Source: a virus
Lineage: Duplodnaviria; Caudoviricetes
IMG/VR virus record: IMGVR_UViG_3300029317_000050
Coordinates: 1-52,326 of that record
DNA: 52,326 bases
Strand: one strand, 5' to 3'
Both the position numbers and the translations under genes were made by a program. Numbering within the stretch: the first letter of the stretch is position 1; the number at the start of each line of letters is the position of its first letter. The notes beneath the pieces are model-generated. The model did not search any database. It had not been told where the DNA came from and saw nothing but the letters and a program-made list of their open reading frames with translations. This document shows positions 36,201-46,600 of the stretch, piece after piece.

Positions 36201-36418
36201 ATGTAGCCCGGTACTTTGAGGGAGACCCAATTTTGTCGGTTGCCTGGTCTAATACGCCAGGGATAACTGTTACACAAGGTGGGGCCAATGCTACTCAGTC
36301 TGTGATATGGATTGAGGGGGGAGGTGATGGCTCAAACTATAATGTTTCTGTGGTATTAACCAGCGTCAAGAATCGGCGTAAAAAGGTTAAGTTCCTAGTG
36401 GCGGTTAATGAGGAATAG
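33230..36418 (+). CDS. Large virion surface protein with Ig/cadherin-like repeats and a C-terminal adaptor-like domain
   Basis: Repeated NxAPxF...DADGDALTF and LPDGL motifs; C-terminal QQDPLERNDYLID...VIWIEGG. Confidence 0.75.
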   Translation: MAQAISILGVHYATIGDFLIGERDNDYGGVGPILEIPRGVVPAFTGNLQFRYGSATKYTFRAVAGDECVGDVTAGNLANIAIIDGGGFNLDFRNENINFENIYVHNFSLTTTGDSYDGLTFKGGVVDCYFYLKNSAPTNGATVEGGVIVLNTGDPESGIDKVVDISGSVPFHGLNTTVINKAGGVSGATGVIFNRSLAASSFNYVCVFSATNPSYVASGAGVPTGANNCAHDALMPGSVSDGVTAEDFRNLDEGDYRIEAESVPGLLGIGAHIQPIVNVIPALDTPLAAISIVSDEEVDIDLSPNYSDGNVGDTLTFTVSPDLPDGLALSPAGSFSSTGTQSVMVATNYSVIASDGHGEGDAVGVISIEVTAVVPRINNIDTDNNVDVEQAAALIDCSYMDVAPTNQVATLGGEALIIVNWNGGKPIVSIPLDINLRWGGSHQLSVTDDTGTVTLDNVILTAPADWPQIAFSGDIPEAGTQSLYGQAKTDATIGNYTMVLGDILVYLGVPDFSYDLQTIPLVDPFTDVSSPYKIWKEAEGSFTPLSTFEWTNDGLPADITAPIFQSTTALSGLNETAFNVDFASNEVGNYRLVVLPAGSPAPLASEVLAGTGSGGAVPLFASLLLSMTAGADVSTPATGFTVGTAFDAYVALTDSAGNETLSDVLSSITAAPNAAPVVTPPTGITISFANGSGGLTKTNAQLLAWAATASVTDDSDVVTVSADFSALPDIILADTYTITFNSTADSGALIGSATAQLIVTEAAGNVAPIFVSANSFSVIVGQQATHVVSASDADGDALTFSKFGSWPAGYLLVDNGNGTASITVVATSEGVQSITVRVNDGALVTDQVITVNVSPTLNVAPVFVSSASAVALEGSVYEYTPQANDANSDTVTYSLGSGPGFLSFVDGTLIGTPGVNDVAVHSVTVDANDGLETTSQTFPLTVFALPSVGVSDPNLIFDTPSFRQVLIKRKDDEANKVFQQDPLERNDYLIDVARYFEGDPILSVAWSNTPGITVTQGGANATQSVIWIEGGGDGSNYNVSVVLTSVKNRRKKVKFLVAVNEE

Positions 36419-36425
36419 ATTTCTA

Positions 36426-36454
36426 TTGTCTATTTAACTGGCTTTTTTAAAGCT
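36426..36454 (+). promoter_or_regulatory. Late-promoter-like motif, copy 3 (tail)
   Basis: TTGTCTATTTAACTGGCTTTTTTAA. Confidence 0.8.
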
Positions 36455-36483
36455 CCAGGGATTCTATTCTTGGAGCTTTTTTT

Positions 36484-38127
36484 ATGTCCGCAATTAATAT
36501 CAATGCATTTTCTGGTGAAGTGCCGCGAACCAGTGCCAGACACTTAGGGCCAACACAGGCTACTAAGGCGTTAAACGCCCGGCTTGATTCGGGCGAGTTG
36601 CGCCCTTGGAAAGCACCGTTAAGCGTTACGGCATTAGCAAAGCCTGGCGAGATTCAAAGTATCTATAGATGGGGCGCGGTTGCCGGTGATGAGAATAGTG
36701 GTTTTTGGTTTCACTGGACGACTGATGTTGATGTGATGCGGGGTCAGGTTAAGAGCGATACAATTGAACGTACCTTTTTTACTGGCGATGGCGTTCCAAA
36801 AATGACGTATTCAGGCATTGCTACTGAAGGCGGGAGTGCCTTATACCCCAATGTTGATAGACCTCTGGGGCTTCCTATTCCACCATCGACTACGGCTGCG
36901 GTATTAACGGGGACGATTGATCCGGAAGCGAATGAAGCAGATGACAAGGTGACTCGTGGCTATGCCGTTACCTTTGTAACCTCGATTGGAGAGGAGGGAC
37001 CACCAAGCTTAATTTCTCAAACGTTGGATTGGTTGCCAGGTCAGACAGTTGATTTATCTGTGATACCGACAGCACCGACAGGTGAATGGGACATTACAGC
37101 TAAACGCATTTATCGGGCTGCAACGGGCGCAAGCGGTACCGATTTGTATTTTGTGGCAGAGCTTCCCATTGCCACGGATACCTATTCAGATTCGATACTT
37201 GACGAAGCGCTTGGTGACGTGCTGGGAACAACTGATTATTATGCGCCGCCGGACGATATGCATTCTATTGGTGTATTACCGATTGGTATTGCGTTCGGTT
37301 TTTCAAAAAATCAAGTGTGTTTTTCTGAGCCCTACCTTCCTCATGCGTGGAACCCTGCTTACCAAATACCGACAACACACCCCATTGTAGGTGGAGGTCA
37401 TTTCGATAATACCGTTGTGGCTATCACTGAAAAGAACCCGTATTTACTAAGCGGTACCGACGCAAGAACAATGGTGCCTTATGAGCTAAATATCCAGCAA
37501 GGGTGCATGAGCAAGCGATCTGTTGTGAATTCTCTGCAAGGGGTGATCTATGCGTCTCCTGATGGTTTGTTTTTAATTGGACCTAATGGACCAATGAATT
37601 TGATGGAAGGATTCATGCTTCCGGAACAATGGCGAGAGCTTAATCCTTCTAGCGTTCTTGGCGTAATTTTTGAGAGCAAGTACTTTGGTTTCTATGATAA
37701 TGGCACCGAAAAAGGCGCGTTTATCCTTGATCCAAAGAATGCCAATGCGGGGCTTACATTCATTGATGTTCATGCCACTGCAGCTTATGCGGACCCGTTG
37801 AGTGATAAGTTATATTTGGCGATTGGTAGTGAGGTGGTGGCTTGGAACGAAGGCTTGCCGTTGAATTACTACTGGGTTAGCAAAGACTATGTTTCTGGCG
37901 GTGCCATGCTCTTTGGGGCTGCAAGAGCACTGTTTGCAAGCGATGGCGACTTAACTTTTCGATTCTTTGTTGATGGCGTTGAAAGGCATTATCAAAGCGT
38001 GAATAATGACAAAGCATTTCGTTTGCCAAAAAAACGGGGTCGAGTATTCAAAGTTTCATTAGAAGGTAACGCTAATATTTCACAAGTTGATATTGTTGAA
38101 TCCATGTCTGATTTTGGTGGTGCGTAA
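36484..38127 (+). CDS. Tail nozzle/stabilisation protein
   Basis: FSGEVPR, GEEGPPS, FSEPYLPHAW, GCMSKRS, YASPDGL. Confidence 0.75.
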   Translation: MSAININAFSGEVPRTSARHLGPTQATKALNARLDSGELRPWKAPLSVTALAKPGEIQSIYRWGAVAGDENSGFWFHWTTDVDVMRGQVKSDTIERTFFTGDGVPKMTYSGIATEGGSALYPNVDRPLGLPIPPSTTAAVLTGTIDPEANEADDKVTRGYAVTFVTSIGEEGPPSLISQTLDWLPGQTVDLSVIPTAPTGEWDITAKRIYRAATGASGTDLYFVAELPIATDTYSDSILDEALGDVLGTTDYYAPPDDMHSIGVLPIGIAFGFSKNQVCFSEPYLPHAWNPAYQIPTTHPIVGGGHFDNTVVAITEKNPYLLSGTDARTMVPYELNIQQGCMSKRSVVNSLQGVIYASPDGLFLIGPNGPMNLMEGFMLPEQWRELNPSSVLGVIFESKYFGFYDNGTEKGAFILDPKNANAGLTFIDVHATAAYADPLSDKLYLAIGSEVVAWNEGLPLNYYWVSKDYVSGGAMLFGAARALFASDGDLTFRFFVDGVERHYQSVNNDKAFRLPKKRGRVFKVSLEGNANISQVDIVESMSDFGGA

Positions 38128-39965
38128 TGGGTAAGCAAACGCGCCGTAATTTCATTGGCAACGCCCCGAGACTTGATGACAAGCACAATATGGGGGTATG
38201 GGTTCGAAAAGTAACAGAGCTTTTGCAGTTGAGTGAAGGGCAGATTGGCGACCAACTTGACAAAAAGGTAACATTTAGGGATCTGAAAGATGCAGGGGTT
38301 GTATCTAGCGTTTCAGCTAGCGGGGTTGTTACACCAGGAACTGGCCAGGGTGAAAGCGGTACCGAGCCGACCTATGAGCAGCCGGCCGCATTGTCAGGAT
38401 TGAGCACGGTTAGTGGTACAAGCTTTATATTCTTGGAGTGGGACAAGCAGGATTATTTCTATTTGTCTCATGTCGAAGTATGGCGTTCTGCTACGAATAA
38501 TCTAGGTGATGCATTAAAGATAGCCAATACACAAAATACCATTTATGTGGATAGCGTAGGTGAAGGCTCGGTTGTATTTTACTACTGGGTTCGCGTTGTC
38601 AGCACCAAGGATCACAATGGACCATGGAATGCAGTACCAGGGGTCTCTGGGCAGTCGCACTTGTCACCTTCACATTTGTTAGATGTGCTAAGTGGTCAAG
38701 TATCAGAGTCACAACTATATGGTGACCTCAACACAAGAATAAATTTGATTGATGCGCCGGGCGTGGGTCTTGTTGATAGTGTTTCTGCAGTATCCACAAC
38801 AGTAAGCCAAAATAGTGCGAGCATTACGGCGAATAATGCAACATTAACTGCAGCAATCCAGGCTGAGGCAACAACTCGTGCAAGTGAAACGGGAGATCTA
38901 GGGGCGCAATATAGCGTAAAGCTTGATGTGAACGGAAACGTTTCTGGCTTTGGTTTGTCGTCAACTCAGACGGGTTATGATGGTGCTGTTCATAGCCAAG
39001 CCATTTTTAATGTGGACACATTCTCTATCGCGTCCCCTGGCTCTACGTCGTTATCGTTTGTTGTTGATGGTGGCAAGGTGCTGATGGATGCTGCGTATAT
39101 CAGCAATCTTGTCGTTGATGACGCTGCAATATCAAGTCTGAGCGTGAGCAAATTGGTGGGTGATACTGCGGGGTTTGTTCAGGCAAATGTGGGAACGCTG
39201 CAGGTAACCAATGCAAATATCTCTGGATATATTGAATCTGATAATTACGTGCCAGGGGTTTCTGGATGGCATATCAATAAAGGCGGAAACTTTGAGGCAG
39301 TCGATGGCACCTTTTCAGGGACTCTTCAATCACCTGAGATTTACGGTGGCAATATTCATGGGGCATTTATCACGGGCTCGGTTATTGCGTCAGACACTGA
39401 TCTTACTTTGGCAACTGAGGCTGATGATGGTTCGTTTACTTACCTGTGTTATGCGAGAGTCATAAGTGAAAGTGTAGAAACCACTGTAGTTGGCGATTTT
39501 CAAAACTGGACATACACGCCTTACTTGCCACTGAAGAGTGCAAACCATAGTTTGACTACGAATTATTATAGATATAAAGACTACTTGATCAGCCCGACGG
39601 TTGAGGCTGAGTTTTTTGGAACTATGGGCGTTAATCCAATCAGCGGCTATACGTCATACCAGAGGATAGGCACCCTAACAATGGATTTAATGCTTGGTGC
39701 TGCAGTGATTATAAGTCACAGTTTTCTTGTTTTCACTCTTCATGAATCGAACAATAATACGGAATCAACACACACGTTTCCATGGGGAAGCCTGACAATA
39801 AAGTACACCCACAACGTCACCCTTCTTACCGAACAGTACACCTTTACATACAACTATGTTGGCTTTGACTATAGGGGTGACGCGCTAATACAAGCCAAAG
39901 CAAGACTCACCTCATGGGCTGGAACCAAAAAGATTAGGTTAAGTGATGATGCCGAAAATGTCTAA
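38127..39965 (+). CDS. Tail fibre/host-specificity protein (FN3 plus DUF1983-like segment)
   Basis: VEVWRS...YYWVRVVS...GPWN; YSVKLDVNGNVSGFGL; SDNYVPGVSGWHINKGG. Confidence 0.8.
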   Translation: MGKQTRRNFIGNAPRLDDKHNMGVWVRKVTELLQLSEGQIGDQLDKKVTFRDLKDAGVVSSVSASGVVTPGTGQGESGTEPTYEQPAALSGLSTVSGTSFIFLEWDKQDYFYLSHVEVWRSATNNLGDALKIANTQNTIYVDSVGEGSVVFYYWVRVVSTKDHNGPWNAVPGVSGQSHLSPSHLLDVLSGQVSESQLYGDLNTRINLIDAPGVGLVDSVSAVSTTVSQNSASITANNATLTAAIQAEATTRASETGDLGAQYSVKLDVNGNVSGFGLSSTQTGYDGAVHSQAIFNVDTFSIASPGSTSLSFVVDGGKVLMDAAYISNLVVDDAAISSLSVSKLVGDTAGFVQANVGTLQVTNANISGYIESDNYVPGVSGWHINKGGNFEAVDGTFSGTLQSPEIYGGNIHGAFITGSVIASDTDLTLATEADDGSFTYLCYARVISESVETTVVGDFQNWTYTPYLPLKSANHSLTTNYYRYKDYLISPTVEAEFFGTMGVNPISGYTSYQRIGTLTMDLMLGAAVIISHSFLVFTLHESNNNTESTHTFPWGSLTIKYTHNVTLLTEQYTFTYNYVGFDYRGDALIQAKARLTSWAGTKKIRLSDDAENV

Positions 39966-40509
39966 ATACTCATATGTTGACGTTAGTACCAAAGAAGTTG
40001 TTGGCTGCATAGACACAACAAGTGATGCGGCTGAACGGTCGTTACCTGTAGGTTGCGAAATTATTGAGGGGTGGTCAGAGCCTGGGTTATACGTGGGTGA
40101 TTATACCGATCCCGCCAACCCGTTTTTACGGGCAAAGACGTCTGCAGAAACCCTCGTAACAGAAAGCGATATAAAAGCCGCGAGAGATAAGCTTGAGCTA
40201 TCTTCTTTAGTGGTCGGCGTAGTTCCGTACGATGTCGATAGGGTGTCTCTTGAACGCATGGGAAGGGCTGTAGCTCAGTGGGATAACTTATCTATGACGA
40301 TAGCGGATGGAAAAATAAGCTGGATTGCAGCCGATAATACAGTCTCGCTTTTAACCAAAATAGAGCTTACTGATGTGAAAGCTCAAATTGATCTTGAGAT
40401 TGCCAAGCGTTCTGATCGGCTTTTTTATCATTGTGGCCTTCTGATATCTCAATTGCCAAACATCACTAAGGCAGATATCGCCGACGAAAATTGGCCATTA
40501 AATGCTTAA
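39958..40509 (+). CDS. Tail-fibre-associated protein (DUF4376-like)
   Basis: IKAARD...YDVDRVSLERM...WIAADNT. Confidence 0.65.
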   Translation: MSKYSYVDVSTKEVVGCIDTTSDAAERSLPVGCEIIEGWSEPGLYVGDYTDPANPFLRAKTSAETLVTESDIKAARDKLELSSLVVGVVPYDVDRVSLERMGRAVAQWDNLSMTIADGKISWIAADNTVSLLTKIELTDVKAQIDLEIAKRSDRLFYHCGLLISQLPNITKADIADENWPLNA

Positions 40510-40516
40510 TTTGTTC

Positions 40517-40545
40517 TTGTCTATTTAACTGGCTTTTTTAATAGT
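40517..40545 (+). promoter_or_regulatory. Late-promoter-like motif, copy 4 (ejection module)
   Basis: TTGTCTATTTAACTGGCTTTTTTAA. Confidence 0.8.
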
Positions 40546-40574
40546 CGCCTAATTAGTACCCTTCAGGTCTTATT

Positions 40575-41027
40575 ATGCCGATTATTAGAAAAGCCACTGA
40601 AAGTGATATTGATGCGTTCATTCTTTTGGCGCATGAATTTTATTTAGAACAAACCAACTTCGCGCACACTGAATTTGATGCTTACAGTGTGGCGATTTCA
40701 TTTATCTCCTATATCAACTCCAGCAAGCATGTTGTTTTTCTGGCTGTGATTGATGGCGAACTTGTTGGTTTCTTAATGGCAAGGACAGCAAAAACCCTTT
40801 GGGGCTCAGACTTAGAGGCTCACGATGGAGCCTTTTATGTTTCACGCTCAGCAAGGGGTAACGGGTTTGCAGGATTGCTTATGAGTGAGTACAAAGCGTG
40901 GGCATTGTCTTTAGGAGCAACCCCTCATGTCACAGTGCGAGCCGATATTGATCATGAGGCAACGAAGGGAATGCTTGTGAAAAATGGATTTGAACTGCTT
41001 GGTTTTACGATGAGGGCAAAAGTATGA
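40575..41027 (+). CDS. GNAT-family acetyltransferase
   Basis: IRKATESD, GELVGF, FYVSRSARGNG, KNGF. Confidence 0.85.
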   Translation: MPIIRKATESDIDAFILLAHEFYLEQTNFAHTEFDAYSVAISFISYINSSKHVVFLAVIDGELVGFLMARTAKTLWGSDLEAHDGAFYVSRSARGNGFAGLLMSEYKAWALSLGATPHVTVRADIDHEATKGMLVKNGFELLGFTMRAKV

Positions 41028-41602
41028 GTGGCGGTGATGATGATAACGAAATCGAACAAACCTGGGGCGAGAAAGAGTTGGCTGCAGTCTCAGCTGAAAA
41101 GTGGAACCGATATCAGACTGACCTAAAGGGCATGGAAGATATATTTATTAAAGACAGCCAGATGACAGAGGCTGATTTTAAGAAAGCGTCGGGGTATGCA
41201 AATACTGATACCAGTGCGGCTTTTGGTGCCGCCCCTGTTATTTCAGCTGGTCCCGGTCAAGGGGGGAATCTGGCCACGAGAATTGATAGCCGATATAAAG
41301 AGAAGTCAAAGGTTACGGCTTCGAATCTAGTGGCGTCAGGGAATCAAACCGAAGATCGTCACGCTGCAGGTCTTCAATCAATAATTGCAGCAGGCAACGG
41401 CCAACAAGTAGATGCTCACAATAACTTGACGCGAAATGCATCTATCAATTTAAACGGTGCCTTAAGTAGCGCACATAATGATAGTCAAAAGTATCAAGCA
41501 AAAATGAACAACATCGGTACAGGAATCGGAGTTGCTTCGTATGCGGCACAAAGCTATGCACCAGCAAAGACAGATTACAACGCCGCAGGTGCTGCAGCGT
41601 AG
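41024..41602 (+). CDS. Internal virion (ejection) protein
   Basis: A/G/N/Q-rich; follows the GNAT gene as in podoviral ejection modules. Confidence 0.6.
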   Translation: MSGGDDDNEIEQTWGEKELAAVSAEKWNRYQTDLKGMEDIFIKDSQMTEADFKKASGYANTDTSAAFGAAPVISAGPGQGGNLATRIDSRYKEKSKVTASNLVASGNQTEDRHAAGLQSIIAAGNGQQVDAHNNLTRNASINLNGALSSAHNDSQKYQAKMNNIGTGIGVASYAAQSYAPAKTDYNAAGAAA

Positions 41603-41621
41603 GATATAGGGAATTCATAGT

Positions 41622-42050
41622 ATGGGTTACGGCGAGTTTTTGGTAGACCCAAGCTGGGGCAATAGTGGGGCTGCGGACACCTACGGGAAAATATCACGAG
41701 CGCAATGGAATGATTACAAGGCTCGGTTTGTGCCTATTGAAGATAAGTTAATTGAAAGCATTGGGAATGAGCAATTATTGGGTGAACAAATATCTCGCAA
41801 TGTTAACTCGGTGAATCTTGGCTTTTCTAGTGCAAAGGTTGGGTCTGACCAAAAGATGAGAATGTACGGCACTCAGCTAACTGGTGAGCAAAAGAATGCA
41901 AGTAATCGCCAAACAAATCTAAGCCAGAATCTGGCAACAATTGACGCCAAAAACCTAACTAGATTGGCGAAAAAAGAACGAGACATGCAATCAATGGCAG
42001 GTAGCGTCTCCACCTCTGCACAAGTAAATACGGGGAATACAAATGTCTAA
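41622..42050 (+). CDS. Internal virion (ejection) protein
   Basis: RAQWNDYKARFVPIEDKL; position in the ejection module. Confidence 0.6.
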   Translation: MGYGEFLVDPSWGNSGAADTYGKISRAQWNDYKARFVPIEDKLIESIGNEQLLGEQISRNVNSVNLGFSSAKVGSDQKMRMYGTQLTGEQKNASNRQTNLSQNLATIDAKNLTRLAKKERDMQSMAGSVSTSAQVNTGNTNV

Positions 42051-42288
42051 TTTGATGGGGCTAGGAAGAAATTACCAGCAACAAGCCACTGACGGTATGG
42101 CTACCGCAGCATCGCAAGAAACTCAGCGTGAGCAGACCAGCGACCAAATTGAAACGAATAATGAGAATGCGAAGAAAAGCACGCAAATGTCAGCAACCAT
42201 GGCAGGGGCCACAATAGGTTCTGCTTATGGTCCCGTAGGTACCGCCGTTGGTGCTGTTGTTGGATATGTCGCTGGAGAATTCATGTAA
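42043..42288 (+). CDS. Small internal virion protein with glycine zipper
   Basis: GATIGSAYGPVGTAVGAVVG. Confidence 0.65.
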   Translation: MSNLMGLGRNYQQQATDGMATAASQETQREQTSDQIETNNENAKKSTQMSATMAGATIGSAYGPVGTAVGAVVGYVAGEFM

Positions 42289-43598
42289 TGCCGACACCGT
42301 ATAGTAATTTTGTTAACTCTTTTACCGCATTGAATGCCAATGGTCGCGCTAACGATGCAAATCAACGTGCAGATAATGCTGACCGGCGAGCTGGTGAGCG
42401 CCACCAAACAAATCTTCGTGCGACTAACTTGAACATTAAGGCAGCTGAGGGTCGGCTGGCCGACAAAGAGTGGCGGGATTACAGTGTGGGGGTTAAAGGG
42501 AAGCTTGGTGCTGGAGGTTCTTTGGCGCCAGAAGATCTCTCCCGGATTTTCGAAAAGATGGGTGTAGAGAACCCAGCAGCGTTCATGCGCGATGACTACG
42601 CAACGAATTTTGATATTGCTGGAAAAGCCTTTACCGGCAAGCTCAACCCCAATTCTCAGCCTGTTCTCTCTGCAGCAAATAATATGTGGGGAGGCGTGAT
42701 AAAAAAAGCAGTTGGCCAAAAAACGGCAGATGGAAGAAAGATTGTAGATCAGCGAATTGTGGGCATGGCTCCGTCAAAAGATGGTCAGGGCGTAATGCTT
42801 GAGTTGGCTAACATGACTGAGGACGGCGAATGGCGCACTTCGCCAATGACTGAAAAGCGAAGCACAGACCAAAAAGGTGATCCTTACGTAAAAGTCATTT
42901 CTTACGATTCAATGATGCAGCAGGTCCAAGGCCAACAATTGTTGCATAAAATCCGAAACCAAAAACAGCTTCGCGGTGCGTTTGATGCGCTGGTTGCAGC
43001 TTCATCGAATCAAAAGCGTACTGGCGGCCTATCGGTTCCTGATCGTATGGCCCTTAATCAACAACAGCACGAGTTGAACATGAAGGCTGACGCTGCTAGC
43101 GATAATCGTAGAGCAACCCGTGAAGATGCCAAGTCTGCAACACTTCTTAAGAAACAAAAGCTGGGTGCTATTAACAATTTGATCTCAGATATGATTGGGA
43201 CTCGTGACGAACAAATGGTTATGGATCCGGATGGTACAAACTACATTGATGATGAGACTGTAGTGGCAATAGCGAAGTCTCAAGTGGATCCAGAGCTACT
43301 AACATCCACAGAGCGCCAGTTGCTTGATTCTCGCCGTAAATTACTATCACGCAGAGCTGCGGAATCCGTCCTTGAATCGGAGAGAGAAAAGGCAGATCGC
43401 TGGTACAAGTTTACTCCTACCAACGAAGACGTTTATGAGAAGACTGAAAGTGACCCTGATTATCGAGGGCCTAATTTGAGGGCAATGCTAAGCAACCCTC
43501 AGCCTCAACAGGCTTCACCTCAAGGGCAGGCCACACCTCAACAAGATACTCAAGCACCCTCCTCAGCAGACGAATTTTTGAATTCTTTAGGATTTTAA
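42288..43598 (+). CDS. Internal virion (DNA transfer) protein
   Basis: Position before the giant gene; PMTEKRSTD motif. Confidence 0.6.
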   Translation: MPTPYSNFVNSFTALNANGRANDANQRADNADRRAGERHQTNLRATNLNIKAAEGRLADKEWRDYSVGVKGKLGAGGSLAPEDLSRIFEKMGVENPAAFMRDDYATNFDIAGKAFTGKLNPNSQPVLSAANNMWGGVIKKAVGQKTADGRKIVDQRIVGMAPSKDGQGVMLELANMTEDGEWRTSPMTEKRSTDQKGDPYVKVISYDSMMQQVQGQQLLHKIRNQKQLRGAFDALVAASSNQKRTGGLSVPDRMALNQQQHELNMKADAASDNRRATREDAKSATLLKKQKLGAINNLISDMIGTRDEQMVMDPDGTNYIDDETVVAIAKSQVDPELLTSTERQLLDSRRKLLSRRAAESVLESEREKADRWYKFTPTNEDVYEKTESDPDYRGPNLRAMLSNPQPQQASPQGQATPQQDTQAPSSADEFLNSLGF

Positions 43599-43601
43599 AC
43601 G

Positions 43602-46600
43602 ATGGCCACAGTAGACGACTGGAATAAAATATCGCAAGCCCCTAGCTTTCAAGGGCTTGATCAAGGAATGAAAGTTCAAGTTCGTGATCGTTTCTTTGAA
43701 AAGCATATTGCACCCAATGCTCCACAAGAACTCTTAAGCGAAATAAAAGTTAAATTTGATGAGAGGACAGGGCTTCAGCCTCGTACAAGCAATCTCGGAG
43801 TTCAGCCGGTACCTGATTCCAATATGCTAAGAGGAGCTGTTGAGCGTAGCAGTGGCTTAGTAGGCAATTTACTTTCTACTGGCGACACGATTTCTAGATC
43901 ACTTGAGGAAACTATACCGCTGGGTGGTTTCGCATTCAAAGAAGGCGATATGCTACCTAGCTATATGAATGGAGCTGAGTTTAAGGAGTACAGCGAAAGC
44001 CAAAATATTAAACAGCCACTTGAAGTTGCTGGTGATTATCTCAAAAAAGCCAAAGTCGGATACGTTCCCAATCATACGTGGGAGAAAGTAAAGGAGGAGT
44101 TTTCTAACGATGCCTTTAGCGGTGATGCATGGAAAGAGGTGGTGCTCTACGCTACAGAGCAAGGTGTGAAATCTATACCTGATATGGCCGCTTCAGTATT
44201 ATCTCTTCCTCTGTATGTTACGGCTCGATCAGGTGAAATAGGTGAAGCACGAGCAAAAAACAAAGGCAAAGATAAGGCTGAAATGGAAGATATTCTTGAA
44301 GCTGCACCAGCGGCTTTAGGCTCGGCTTTACTGGAGAGATTTGGCGCTAAAGGTATTACTAAAGCTGGATCCGAAGTATTAGGAAAGGAAGCCATAAAAG
44401 CAGGTTTTGCCAAAGCGGCGAAGCGTGTTGCTGTAGCTGGCGGAGTGGCAGGAGGAAAAGAAGCTGCAACCGAATTCTTCCAAGAGGGTGTTGTCGAGTA
44501 TATTGGTGAGCGCTTAGGTACTGACGCAAAAATGTCAGTGATAGAGGCCCTTGATCGAGGTGCGGCTGGAGCCGTAGCCGGTGGTATTTACGGTGGTGGT
44601 GCTGGTACGGCAGTTGCGGCAACAAAGGAAGTTATCCAGCTTAACAAGCCGGGTGGTTATGATCTTGATGAAGTCACGCAAGAGAGTAAGCCTGAACCTC
44701 AACCAAGTGAAGCCCCTCAAGCAATAGATCAGCAAAGCTCCAACTTAACGGGCAGTAATTTACAGTGGACAGATACGTCTAACATTGCTGCACAATCACA
44801 AGAAAACTTGCAAAAGGATTATAACGGCCCCGGTAGTTTTGATCCTAATCAAGCTGGATCTCAGAACGGCCAAGCTCCAGCAGAACAGCAATGGACTGAC
44901 ACGTCAGGCATTGCCCCTGCATCGATGGAAGATTTGCAGAGCAATTACCAAACCCCAGAAAGGCCAAATATTCAGAGTCCATCTAATCTAATCCCCATGG
45001 AAGGTGAATTGATGTCTGGCGCGTTGCCTGGTACACCTCAAATTGGCTATGCAGAACGACCTGATTTTGTCGTTAATCCTGAAGGTGAAGCTGCAGGGCA
45101 AACAGAAAACAACGTCGTTGAAGATATTCCAGCATTACCATTCCAGTCTGACTCTACCGTTTATGCCGATTCAAGAGGTGGGTTTGTAGATAGATCGGAT
45201 ATTGATCGGGCGAGAGTTGAGCAAGGCAACGAACAGCGCGAAGCGTTTGTTGCGAAGCAAGAGGAAAAGCAAAACAACCCTGGTGGGCGTGGCTTTTATG
45301 ATCAGATTGAACGTGGTGCCACTCAAGAAGAATTATCAGAGTATGAAAGCCTGTTTTTGGTTGCGGATGAAATTGGTAGCAAAGAATCATTAGAGATTGC
45401 TGAAGCACTGGAGTACGGCGAGATCACACCAGAGCAGGCGCAAATTGAACTGGACTCATTGCAGCAGCCTGAATTAGAACAGGCTCAAGAAGATAGCGGC
45501 GCTGTTGACATCGACGCTCTTGCTAATGAAGCGGCGACTTCTCCGACCAATGAATTGTCTGAACCTACTGATGGCCAAAAAGAAGCTGGCAATTATAAGA
45601 AGGGTAGAGTTGTAGTTCATGGTATGGCTATTGCCATTGAGAACCCAAAAGGTTCTAAGCGCTCCGGTACTGATCCGGATGGCACGGCATGGGAAAATGA
45701 AATACATAGCCACTACGGTGACCTGACCGGCACAAAAGGTGCTGATGGTGATGCGCTTGATGTATTTGTTGGTGAGAGCCCTGAAAGCCAAAAGGTATGG
45801 GTGATTGATCAATTAAATAAAGATGGTTCATTTGATGAGCATAAAATCATGCTTGGCTTTACTCATAAAGCTAAGGCAATTTCTGGTTATAAAAAGAACT
45901 ATAATCGAGGCTGGAAAGTTGGTCCGGTAACAGCCATGAGTGTCAATGAGTTTAAGGCGTGGGTTAAAGATGCTGACACTACAAAGCCACTAACAGATTT
46001 TACCAGCAAGAAAGAGTTGATTAAAAAAAAAGAGAAGCCGAAAAAAAAACTAAAGCGTGACGCTTTTGACCCCGCAAAATTCTCATCTGTAAGAGCAATT
46101 CGTGCTGAATACAGAGTAAATAAAGAGCATACGGATGCACGTAATAAGAAGCTATCAATGTCAAAATCTGATTTTGCCATTGAGACGGAGAAAACCGGGG
46201 AGACTCCAGAGGTTTACAAGGGTATTTTAAAAAGAAATAACGCACTTGTAGCCCCTTACATAAAAGAAATACAGGGGTATCTTGCGTCTCCCGAAGCCAG
46301 GAAAAGGGAAGACACAGAAAAAGCTCGAGCTTCCAAAATCTCGTTCAATAATGTACCGACAGAAAGCGAAGTTATGGACGCAGATTTTACGGTGGTTGAT
46401 GATCAGGATAAGTCACTGGATTCATCTCGTGTTGAGAGTGCAGAACCCAAAGTTATTGAGGAAACAACAGCGAATACAGAGATCACAAAACCCAAGCGAA
46501 AAGCTGGCGAAAACAAAAAAGATCCTGTTCGGTTCTCTTCAAAGTCCAAATCAAAACCGCGACACGCCTACACAGATGCTGTAGATGATATTATTGCAGA

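Noticed and set aside
38127-40509. Diversity-generating retroelement acting on the tail fibre
   Set aside because: No reverse transcriptase and no template/variable repeat pair seen
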